Assembly: GCA_963575745.1 (NCBI GenBank)
Contig: CAUYUJ010000064.1
Location: 1 to 64,000, forward strand
Direction: 5' to 3'
DNA length: 64,000 bases
Source: Prorocentrum cordatum
Lineage: Eukaryota
Position numbers and translations under genes: made by a program. The notes below the pieces were generated by a model. That model ran no database searches. It worked only from the letters and a program-made list of their open reading frames with translations, and had not been told where the DNA came from. Positions 40,155-52,100 of the stretch are shown here, one piece after another (within the stretch, counting starts at the first letter, position 1; each line of letters begins with the position of its first letter).

Positions 40155-43100
40155 AATCATCATCATCATCATCATCATCCTCATCATCATCAGTCTCACC
40201 ATCATCAGCCGTATCACCATCACAATCATCAGCATCATCAGCAACAACATCATCAGCAGCATCCCCATCATCATCATCATCAGCATCATCATCAGTAGCA
40301 TGATATCACTTGATTTACAGAATCAGCGATGTGTCTTGAAAGAATGTTGCGGCAGCTCGAAGTGGGCGAAACGGGCGACAGACTGAAATAATACATTCAT
40401 ACCTTGAAACCTGACTCCTGGACGCAGTGGGGCGGGGGGCAGCTTGACTCGCAATGGCAAGAGGTAAACGGTCGTAAACGACACAACTGCGCAACAGCTA
40501 AGACATTACTGCACCCGCACTCTCATGATATCGCCTATTTTACAGAAGCGGCGATGTGTGTTGAAAGGACGTTGCGACAGCTGGAAGCGGACGAAACGGG
40601 CGACAGACAAAAAGGATAAATTAATTACTTGAAACCTGACTCCCAAATCACTCCAAAAACGGATGTTCTCTTGTGCTAGGGAAAGCATACGGGGGCCGCG
40701 TGGCCCTAGTATGGGCTGAAAGAACTTGCACAAGCGCTCGGCACATTGAAGGCGGGCACGCTTGTGCGATGCGGGTCCAGTTGACCCCACCGGGGGCATG
40801 CCCTTCGAGGGTAGAGTGAGTCTTCCCAGTTCGCGAACAAACTCCAAAATCCTGACAGCGACGACACGAACGCTGGAGGTCGAGCCTATCGACTTGCCCG
40901 CAAAGAAACACGGCGGTTTTCCTCCACCTGGCCCCCAACTGACAAAAACCAGACGCGGCCTGGAAAGCCTTCGGACCACTCTCGAGCCCCAAGACAGCGG
41001 GCGTTTAGCAAATATTGGAAGAGAGCGGGTTCTCTATAACCAACGACACACGTGACTTCTGACACTCACGGACGATCCGAACGGCAGCTCTCATCAACCT
41101 GTTTCCCAAATCAATATGCCGTTGCAATTTTTCATACAAGTCGGGAACACCCATCGGCCACTCTGCGGTCCTCAGCGTCTGGCCACGGTGCTTCGCAAAA
41201 CTGCACGTCACGCAAGGGGGGGCCCATCATGATTCCCAGCACTTTCCCAGCCTGTAGGTCGCCGAGAATGCCCCTCACCACCTCTGGGCGCAACCCATCT
41301 CCCGGGCCGCCGTTCACAAGGTCGAAGTAATTATCGCACTGGAAACCCGCCCAACTCGGCCGCCCGCCCGCAGCCTCCTTCCCCGCGGAAGACGTCGGCG
41401 AAGTAGCGGCCCTCGCGAACAAGATGTTCCCGCGGCCACTGGGCACTGGCACGGTCCGCCCGTGGATCAAGATGCCCTCGAGCTGCCTCTCGCAGTCGGC
41501 TGCGCGGTTGGGCAGCCACTGGGGGTGGAGCGACGCGGAGTGGCTCAGTCGGGCGGCTTTCTCGCAGCGCACCACTGACTTGTCCGTTCGCCACCCTCGG
41601 CGCCGCTTGACATCTGCCAGGCTTCGCTCGTTCGACGCCCGATCGACGCTGGCACCCGAGTGGCGCGTCTGGTACGGCACCAGCTCCTTGAGGCCCAGGA
41701 TCATCGCGCCCTCGCGGAACTTCGTCACATACTGGCTGGAGTCGACGTCCCATGCGCTCGACCCCTGACGCCGTCGTCGCAGCTTCTCCAGCAGCGGGCT
41801 GCACCGCTCGAACCACTTCGAGTCCAGTGCCAAGGACAGGTCGCACTCCCCAGTCTTGCTCGGGCAAAATAGCCCTTCGGGATTGATCAGCAACGTCCAG
41901 CACCGATTTCCTGCCTGTGAAGCCGCTGGATACACCCGGGCATCAGTCCCAGCAGCTGCGCAGGCCACAAGTAGGTAGACAGGCTGATCATCGCGAACAG
42001 CGCCATCTGCGGCTGCCCAAGCAGCATCAAGCAGTTGCACAACGCGCACCAGATGCAGAGCGGCTCCAGCCTTCGCGATCGGGGTGCGAAGATGCGGCGC
42101 CAACCGCGCGGGCCCCCCCGGGAGCGGGGCAGCCTGCGACCCCCGAACCCGTCGTAGGCGGGCACAAGATGCATCCGCCCAGCGATGTTTTTCATCCCTT
42201 TGCTCGGCTGTTCCCCCTGAAAGCACAGCGCTCCGAAGTAGCTGGCGAGCTTTTCGTCGAGGTCGCTAGCGTCGACATCGTCGAGCTGCTTCACCTCCAC
42301 GCCCAGCCTCTGAACGAACGCGGCCACTTCCGTGAGGTAGTCGATCTTCACTCGCACTGCCACCGCGAGGCTCTCCAGGAAGGCCCCCCCGTGTCGCGCG
42401 AGGCCAAGCACTCCGAAAGGTATCTCGACCAGCGATGCTTCTGTCGGCGCTCCAGCACACGGTCGCGGCCTGCCTCGGCCGCGCCCACGCTCTCAGAACT
42501 CCCACTCGAGGTCGCGGTGGCTCGGGTCGGTCGCCCAGCGTCTTTCTCGGCCGCGGCGCCGGTGCTCCCCAGCTGGTCGCGCTCCACTGCCGCCTGCTGC
42601 TCGGCGTCCAGGTGCGAGCGAGCCGGCGTCAGCGCCCGCTGCCGCTTCGACGGCCTCTCGGCCGCCGGCTGCGCTACCGGCCTGCTCGCGGCCGGCGCCA
42701 GCACTCGCGCCCGCCCAGGCTGCCTCGCCACCGGAAGGGCGGCAGCTGGGGTTAGAACACGTCGGTGACCCGGCGAGGCGCAGGGCGGCGCTCCAGCCAT
42801 CAAGACTCTTGCGAATGGCCGAGGTCTGAGATAAAATGTTTGCAAACCGTCGAGATGGGCTAAGATGTGCCTCTTTGCTCTCGGGTCGCGAGTGGTCAAG
42901 GCTGCTACTTAACACACCTAAAAGTCTTTCCCCCTTGCCAGGATCTGCTGCCACCCCCTCCCCGGGGCCCGAAAAAGGAGACCGGTCCCCCCCCCCCAGA
43001 TGGCGGGCAAGCAAATTAGAAACACTCGGAGAGGCATCACAGAATCGACTGGGCCCATCCGAATTGTTGAGCTCACTGAGAACCCAACGCACAATGGTTT

Positions 43101-46100
43101 CAATGTCATGGGCGAGGCAATACGCGGCGGGCGCAAGAACCGAAAGTCTCTGCCCCTGCATCGGTCGAAACTCAAACACACTCCCACGTTCTCAACCAGA
43201 AGATGCTGGGGCACATCTTTTCGAACGAACTCAGCGCATCCCTCCGCAGGGACATTGCCAGCGCTCGGACCTCAAGGATCAAACTAAGTTGACCGCACTT
43301 CCACGCGCCCCAAAATCGAGGCGCCCAGCGACTGCGAGCCAGGCAGCTCGCGGCGATCTCGGGGAAGCCCAGATCGGCGTCGCACTCGCCCAGCGCCATG
43401 GCTGACTCTAGGCCATCGAAATCGCCAAAGGGCAGCTCGACCTCCTCGGCCGGCGGGGGCCCCGCGAGCTCCCGCAGCCCAGCGACCGCCAGGGCATGCC
43501 CCCGTGCCCGCACCGCGCGGACATCACGAAAACGGCCCTTCTCGCGGGTGCGCCCCGCGGCCTTCACCTCCCCATCGCTCCAGTAGCTTGCGGAGATACC
43601 AAATCCCCACTCCGAGGCGTCGCTAGCGCTGACGACCCGGTTCCACTTGGGCCACCAATCGGAGCACCAGAAAGGCATCCACCCCAGGAACGCCCGCAGC
43701 TCCTGCACCACGGAGTCCCAGAGCGGCCGCTGCACCGCGTAGTTCGTCGAGATGAATGCGCACACCGAATGAAAACACGATAGCGTCGGCCGACGCACCA
43801 GGCCACAGAAGATGCAGTGGCCCAGGATAGCATCCGCCATGGCCCCATTGGCTCGACCACGGTACAGGAGGTGTCGAAGCGCAGAGTGCACCCGCCAGTA
43901 GCGACGCTTCGTCAGCGCCGTCCGCTGGCTCTCTCCGTCCACGGTCACTCCAAGCGCCTCAACACACTCGCTGCGGACCTCTTCGCCGTGCACTAGCAGG
44001 TCGAAGCTCTTGAAGAGTTTCACCATCTCCGCCAAGGCCAGCTCAACGGCCTGTCGACGGTCGCCCATCACCCCCAGGTTGTCGACGCACACGCAGCGCC
44101 GAAGCTGGTGCACGCCACTGCTGAGAGCAAGCACCGCAGGGGCACCGTGGTCCTTCAGCGGCTGGGAGCCGCGCAGCGCAGGCACCTGTCGACACAGCTC
44201 CTCACCGATGTGCCGGCAGAAGAACAGGCTCTAAGTGAACCCCATGGGCAGCGCATGCGCCATAGGCACGACCATGTCGCCCTTCCGGGCGGGCCACCCA
44301 TCGATCGTCTCGCCCACCACGCCGACGTTCTCGGCCCTCACTGCCGGTTGCCCAAAATTCCGTGATAACCACTCTGGCATGATCAGCCGGTGGAACGCGT
44401 CCTTCACGTCCGCCACGCCCAGGCAAACTGGCACCGCGCCGCCCTCGAAGTCCTCGGCCTCGATCCCTGACAGCCCCTCCGCCGCCAGCAGCTCGACGCG
44501 GGGCGCCTTATTAAACCACTGGTTACTCTTCCTGCAGTCAAGTATCATTCGCATCTGCACCCGACCACTCTTCCAAACGAAGAACAGCCCTGTCTCCTCG
44601 GGGCAGGCTCAGCCGGGGCGCAGCAGCCCTCCAGCCCGGAGGCCCACGATGAAGTCCGCGTAGCGCCGTCGGCTGCGGCCCGGCCCAGGACCCACATATC
44701 GCCTGATAGGGTTGTCATGCACTAACTGAAGTCGATCTTCCTTCCGTCGATGCATTCGTCGGCCCTCACCCTCCGAAAATCGCCAGCACGCGTCGCTGAG
44801 CTCCGACAGAAGACGACAACCCATCACGCTCTCAGGTAGCGACACCGCATCACGTCGGTAGGGGGCATGCGTTCTGCTGGCGGGCTCGAACTCGTAGACG
44901 GCCCGACAATGCAAAAGCTCGCGGAAAACATCATGCGGCGACGGGACGGATTCGTCACCTGGCGCCGGCTGCATCCTGCGCAGGAGCCCCTCGGCGCGGG
45001 CGGCCAGCCCCGCGCGCTGGCATGCCACTCGCGATGGCCTCGCCTGCGTGGAAGTCGCATGCCGCGAGCCAGTTCAGAGCCGCGAGAGCCTCGTCTTGAA
45101 GCCCCCGCGGCCCTCGGCCCACGGCACCGATACCGCGGCGCCCGAGCGGCCGACGCGGCGAGGGGGAGATGTCCCGCGAGCCGCTGCAGGGCCAGAGGCA
45201 TCCGCGCCCCGCGTGCTGCGGGCGAAGGGTCGGGCTGCCCCCCCCGCCCGGGTCGCTGCTCATTGGGCCTCCGCCGGGGCATCGGCCCCCCGGCCACGGC
45301 TTCCTCGGCCGAGGGCGCGACCCTGGGGGGCCCCCTTCAGATCCCCAGCCTGCTCCTCTTCGCGGCTGCCCGGGGCAAAGCCGGTCGTCAGCGCCCGAAC
45401 ACGGGCGGAGCTCGCCTCGTTCTCCTCCCTCGCCCAGCGCACCCCGTAGATGCGCAGCGATGGGCCCACCGCGTCGGCCTGCGTGGTAACCCCATTGAAG
45501 TATCGGGCCATCCGCCATGAGGGAGCTGCACCCGGCTCGGCGCGCGCGTCGATGATGGGCTGCACACGCCGACAGATTTTCTCGAAGCTGACCAGGGAAG
45601 ACATGTTGAGCTGATCAAAGCTTCCGCCGATCATCAGCGCCTCCACGAGCGTCTCCAGCTCGTGAAAGGCGCGGTCCGACTTCCCGATGCGGCGCTCCAA
45701 GCACCACTGATCAAGCCAGTTCCTCGGGTCACCCCCGAACCGCTCCATGCGCTTCAGCAGGTGCAACACCGCGCACGGACCCTCGAGCGGCGCGTCGTCG
45801 CACACCTCGGTCGACGACTCGCGGACGATATCCCTCCACGTCTTGAAGCGCCCCCCGTGCGCGTCCACGTCGATCCACAGAGTCCGCACGTCATCGGGCA
45901 CCGCAGCCGCCTCGGCACCGCGACCGCCCAGCAAGCCCCTCTCTCCACCGGCCGAGCCCCCGCGCCGTTGCCTCCGGCCTTGGGGGGCGGCGCGCGCGAC
46001 GGAGCCGGCAGCGCCAGCGTCCGATCGCTGCGCCAGGGCGCGGCCTCGCTGGCCCCGGCGGCCGCGATCGCTGGTAGTTCAGGCGCGTCTCGCAGCAGCT

Positions 46101-49100
46101 GGCGTCGCCCCTCCGCAAGCGCCTCCACGTCGCTCGGGCCCACGAGCCTCGCACGGCCGTACCCATCCGAGCCCTGGATCAGCGCCTGATCGCCCCAGAC
46201 GTGAACCAGCTCTGTCAGCTCGATCACCTCGCCGATCTTCGCCAGGCCCAGCGGTTCGCACAGCATCCAGACCCCACCAACCCGAGGCGAGAGCGTCCCC
46301 ATGACGCTAACCCCACCGGCCCCGCAGTCCAGCACACGGAGCGCCCCGCCGATCTCGGCCTCGGTCGGAAGCGGCCTCGCCACGAAGCCCGGCTCCAACG
46401 ACGCGGTGCGACGGCACTCGGTCATCCGCGCGCCCAGCTCATCGGCGTCCGACCGCTCCTTAAAGCCGCACAGCCGCTGCGGCGCCGCGCGGTGGACACC
46501 ACCCGCGAGCGGCCAACAGCGGCAGGGCCCCGTGGCGTGATCCGCCGCTGTCAGGTCCTCGACCCAGACATCCCGATCTGGCGATATCACGTACCACAAC
46601 GCCTCCGACACCGGCCAGACAAGCACGCGCTCGTGGTCCACGTCGTCATCCACATAGGCGACGCGGACTTTCTCGCCCGGTCGAACCTCACGCAACCACC
46701 CCGCCACCGCGCCTCGCACGTGCAGCCGTCGTGACGGACCCGGGCGCGGCGGCATCCCTGCCGCGCGCGCCCGTGGTCGCCGCGGTCGCCCGTGGTCGAC
46801 GGCACTGGCACCCGGCCGCGACCGCATGTGCCGGCTGCGTCGCCAGCAGCGCGATCACCGGCCCCCAGGGCCCCGGCCCCTCCACGGGCTCGGGCCCGTT
46901 TGTGGCGGGGCAGCTCTCGCAGGCCGCGAGCGCCGCCTCGCAGCGGGCAAGCGCCCACGCTGGCGACCCCTTCGGGCCGCTGTCCGCCGAAACCGCCAGC
47001 GGAGGCGGCGGAGGCGGCGGGGGCGGGGGCGAGGGTGGCGCCGCTGGCGAGGGCAGGTCCCTCACGACCTGCGCCAGCTACAGCACCAAAACCGCCCAGG
47101 CCGCGCCGGCGCCGCCGCGCGGGACCATCGGCCAGGCCGTTCCTGAGCAGCTTGACCCTTGATGGCAAGAGGTAAACGATCGTAAACGGCACAACTGTGC
47201 AACAGCTAGATTGTTGATAGCGGTTTAGTCTATCTCTCTGTCTGCTGAGGGTGTGGAGGGGGAGCAGACGCTGAGTTCGTCCTCCTCCTCTGGCAGTGCT
47301 GGAATCCCGGCCAGGCGGTATCCCTCCTCAAGGGTGTACCCCAGGCTGAGTCGACGCAGGAAGCGAGTCAGGTGAATCGCCTCCCGAACAGGGATCGTGA
47401 GGGGGGCCCTCCGGCGCCACGGATGCACCAGGCCCGGCCGCGCCGCCACCAGCAAGGCACGCACGGAGGCAAGGAAGCGAGCACGGGCACGACGCGTTGC
47501 CGCAGCTGTGCCAATGCTCCTATTGCCCCGGGGCGTACTTTTGTTTTTCTGGCGCGCGCCCATGGTTCTTGAGCCAAACGGGTACGGACCCTCATCCGTC
47601 CCGCGGCTTGCCAACCGAACGACTGGCAAATGCAGCTCCTAGGCTCAGCTGTGTGGCTGCTGGCCCTCCCAGACGCGTCACCGCAGCCGGGGAGGGCCAA
47701 CTAATGACTATGTTGTCCCGGCCGCGTGGCCGATGAACGTTTGGAGGGCCAGGTTTGGCCCAGGAGTTTCGGCCACGCTCGCAGGACACGGTTTGTGCCC
47801 GCGGAGACAATAAATCGCACCCGGAGTAAGCTTAACAGACGTGATTCACAGGAGCTAACCTACACGTGCTTCTACCACAAAGTTAAATCTTACAAGTGCA
47901 ACTCGCGAAGCGAGCTTGAATATATACTATAAGTTGTGGAGAACAGAATGACAAATTGCCCCCAGAATGCTCTCGGCAAGTTCGCGCTGCAGTGAGCCGG
48001 CGTGCCGGCAACTTGTCGCACCAGCCTTTACACTGCTCGCACCAGCTCTCTGCTCGCACCGGCAACTTCTCTTCTCGCACGGGCATCGCTTCTTCTCGCA
48101 CGGGCATCTCCTTGGCAGCCACGGAAGCGCTCACTGATAGCCACAGGCATGGCGTCTGAGGAAAATGAGAAGTATACCCCCGAAGTGGCGACACGCCGGC
48201 GTCCACCCAGCTAGCGTGGACATTAGAAGTATACAAATAATCATTACACGAAAATGCAATGCCGCGGGACCCTGCGAAAAACGACCCCTTTTGGCTGAAA
48301 TGGGTCGTTTTCTCCGGCGGCACACATTCGTGAGGCGTGACCCCAAGGCGGCCCATCCCCGAGACATTAGCTAACAAAGGCGTGATAAACTTGGCATGTT
48401 ACATACGTGGCGAAGGCGGATACTCGGGAAAAATACAAGGACGTGTGGCAGTTTTTCCACACCCCCCTCGCCGAGCAGCGTGTGAGAACATTCAGAATGT
48501 CTGGCGACAAGGCCTCAAGGCCTGGTGCGGATCATGCCCATGAGGTCGCGGGCCTCCATGAACCTTGCCGGGGACATGGCCTTCGTGAAGCCGTCGCCCC
48601 GGTGCGTCGCGGTGGGCGCGTGCTTGAGGATCATCGCGCCGCGCTCCACCACAAGCTCGTGCAAGAACCCGATGGACACCTTGTGGGTTCTCTCTAAGAA
48701 CTTCAGTTTCTTGCTGTAGCCCTTAGTGACCGCAGAGATGGCCTGCGTGTTGTCCACGAGCGCCACCAGCGGGATGTCGATGCCAAGCATCCGCTCGAGG
48801 AGCATCTGCGTGGGAATGCCCTCGTGCTTGGTGTTGTGGCTGAGAGCCACCGTCTCCGCTTCGGCTGTCGAGCCGGCCGTGGACGTCTGCTTGCGAACAG
48901 CCCACGAAAGCGGCCAGCGCCGACCGGAAGTCGGGCTGTGAAGTTCCACCAGGACGCCGCCTGTAGACTTCGTGTGCTCTGAGTCGCCAGCCCAGTCGGC
49001 GTCCGACCACATCAGGAGCTCCAGGTCGAAAATGTCATCGGGGGCCATCTCGGCGGCGAGGGCCATGGGGCCAGCGGCCTTCAGGTAGGCGTACAAGCGA

Positions 49101-52100
49101 ACCAGTGCTGCGTCGTGGGTTGTGCTCCACCTTGACACCACCGAACAGAGGCGCTGCACGGCGACGGCGATGTCTGGCCGTGCGACCCGGGACAAAAACA
49201 GCAACGTCGCAACGTGCGAGGCGCAGCTGCCGGCGAAAACGCCGGGGCGCACGCCGTCTTCAGCCCACTGCTCCGGCGAGAGAAACGGCGACGTCACCTT
49301 GCGGAGCTCACCCCCGTACTCGCTAGCGAACCTGGCGAGGGCGTTGGCCACATAGTCGTCCATGTCCGTGTGGAGCCGACGAGCGGCCGACGGGCAGGCA
49401 GGGTTGACCGGGTCCATGGTGTAGCGGGCCCCCAAGTACCTCTCGATCTCCTGCTCCCGCTCCTTGAACACGATCGCCGTGTCGAGCGCCCTCCAAAATG
49501 GCCCGGCGATGCTCGGCGGAGCGATCATGAGCATGTCGTCCACGTACACGACGAAAATGCCTCCATCAGGGTGCACATGAACTCCAGGATGGTCGAGGCC
49601 AGCGGGCTCCCAGCCATGCTGCTTGAGAATGCTGTTCAACTTGGCTTCCCACAGCGCCCCGGCCTCGGGGTGGCCATACAGAGCCTTCTTGAGCCGGCAA
49701 TGAGGCCGGACATACTTAGGTCTCTGGCGTGCTGCGCCGTCCAAGAACCAACTGTCTGGCCACCACTCCCGTGGGAGCTCGACGTAGGTGGGGATCCGGA
49801 ACGGAGTGTCGATCAGAGCCTGGAGGTATGCAGCCTCCGCGTCCCTCAGGCTGACCTCCCGGCCGGCGAGGGCCGCGGCCGCCAGGGCAGCGCGTGCCGC
49901 GGCGAAGGATGCCGGAGCATTGGCAACTTCTTCGAACAGGTCTGCAGCCGACACGCCCGACTTAGTTCGGATGTTGGATCCTTGAAATACCACTCTAGCC
50001 TTCCATTGCTGAGCATCTTTTCCAAGCTCTTCTCCTTTTATCCCCAGAATTGCAAACACCCGGCCCAGCATAGCGTCAGAAAGGGACTCGTCGTTCAGAA
50101 GGTCCCGCAAACTGTGAACATCGCTGGTGTCCCAGACCTGCTTGGAGCGCATCCCGTGCAGCTCCTTCTCCAACGCCTTGCGGGCACCGTCGCAATCTGC
50201 CTCGGACGATTTGGGCTTGACCACCCGTGTCACGAGGGCGCACCACAGAGGGTGGCGCGGCGGGCCAGCATCATGCTCACGATGCTCGTGGCGCGGGTCG
50301 TCGTCACTGTCGTCGATGGCGGATGTGCTTTTGAAGAATGCCCGGGACCGCGGGACGCCAGGAGCAGCAGGTAAAATGCCTGCACGGCGAGCGCTCCAGA
50401 AGAGACGTGCGAACTGCTCCGTGTACTGGGCGGTCTGCTTCGCAATGTTCCCGCGGCAGCGGACGAACTCCTTGCTGTCGGCAGCTTCGTCGACGGAATA
50501 ATTCTCGAAAGTCATCGTAACGGAGTCGTCCGTGGAGCACAGCGTCCACTCCTTCTGGGTGTACACCACGCGGCCTGCATGCTGATGCTGCTGGCCGACG
50601 GCGGAGGCCGATACCTTCACGAACTTGCCGCCGACGGTGTTGATCAGCTGGTGCACGCGGTCGTTCGACCACAGGTCGGAGTTTGTAGGCCACTCCCAGG
50701 TGACGTCCTGGCCCTTGTCACGAGCGTAGGTGCACACCTTCGCGACATTGGTGATCAAGGCCCGCGTCACCGCCATGGGGACGGCTGTCCAGATCATGGT
50801 CCTCAGTTTCTTACGGGCCGCCCTCTTCAAGATGTCTTGAACAGCTCGGAGGGTCTTCTCGGCGGCAAGGTCAAGCTGCTCGGTCACGCGGATGGCGATG
50901 CACCTGGCCGGGACGAAGGCGGACAGGCAAGACTCCGGAGAGCAGCACAGCTCGACGAGCATCTGGTTGTACTTGCCGCTCATGATGGCTGGCATCGCTG
51001 CGGCGATGATCTCAGGCACCGTGGGCGCCTGTATGACGAGGCCAGCCGGTGCTGCTGGAGCTGCAGGTCCTGCGGCGCGGCCGGAAGCCACGCAGGCATC
51101 GCTGGAAGGAGCATGGGCGTGCTGCCCGCCAGCTGCGGCCGAGCCTCGGTGCCAAGTATGCCGAGGCGGCTCGTAGTACACCTCGTGCGGGGTGCCCGAG
51201 AAGGCAGAGCACGCGAGGCGAGGCATCGATGGGACGGCCGTCACGACCTTGCCCTTCGCCTTCAGGTTCTGATAGTCCTCGCGCCTCTTCTCCTGAGCTG
51301 CGAACCCTGCGGGGTCAGCAGCCTTCCACTTGTGACGCTCCGCCTGCCTGTGCTTCATGGTCAGGGAGAGCCACACCTCTGGCTCGAGCGTAGGCGGACG
51401 AGTGGACCACGGTGGCGCCCACACCGAACGCCTGATGTGGCCGTCGGCGCCAAAGTCGTCTCGCCTCCAGCCGCTCGGCGGCGAGCGCCCGGGTCCAGGC
51501 TTGATCTCCCGCTGCACGACGGGGTCGGCGTCGACGCCGAGCCGCGCAGCTTCGGCGACGTCGGGCTCGACCGCAGCATGACCAGAATGAGGATCGTCGG
51601 CGCCTGCGTCTCCATCGCCGGCTTGGCCCACGACGTCCAGGCCCTCCTGGGAGTCAGGATCGATGGCCAAGGCGACGTCGAGCATCGAAGCCCTCGTCGA
51701 AGAGAACTGGGGGCTGTTCTCCTTCAGCATCCCGTCGTACGCAAGCACGTCCTCCTCGCAAGGCTCGTCGGCGATGAGCTCATAGCCCCCCTCGGCGTCG
51801 TCGTTGGTGTGCGGCGCCGGCAGGCTGAGGTCACGGAATGCGCCGTTGAACGCCAGGCGCTGCGCTAGAGGGAACGTCACCTTCGACGGGAAGACGACGT
51901 CGGCGACGGTGCGGACGCTGACTCTAGAGGCCCGGCCGTCGGCCAGGATGGCCGCGAGCGGGACGATCAAGTAACTCTTGGCCCACTGCTCGGCCGGGCC
52001 GGCCGCTACGCCGACCAGAAGTGCAGGCACCAGTCGGTTCTTCCATTTGCTGGAGCTGCAGGGGTCGCCCTCCAGCTTCGGGAGCTTGGAGCCGGCTGGC

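Larger units (their letters stand above)
47212..48461 (-). repeat. Copia 3' LTR
   Basis: Direct repeat of 56589-57838, preceded on the minus strand by the PPT. Confidence 0.97.

Noticed and set aside
47883..48377. 164-aa ORF in the LTR U3 region (also 57260-57754)
   Set aside because: It has a non-ATG start and its MPVREE repeats derive from ~21-bp tandem TCGCAC motifs, which are more likely U3 regulatory repeats.
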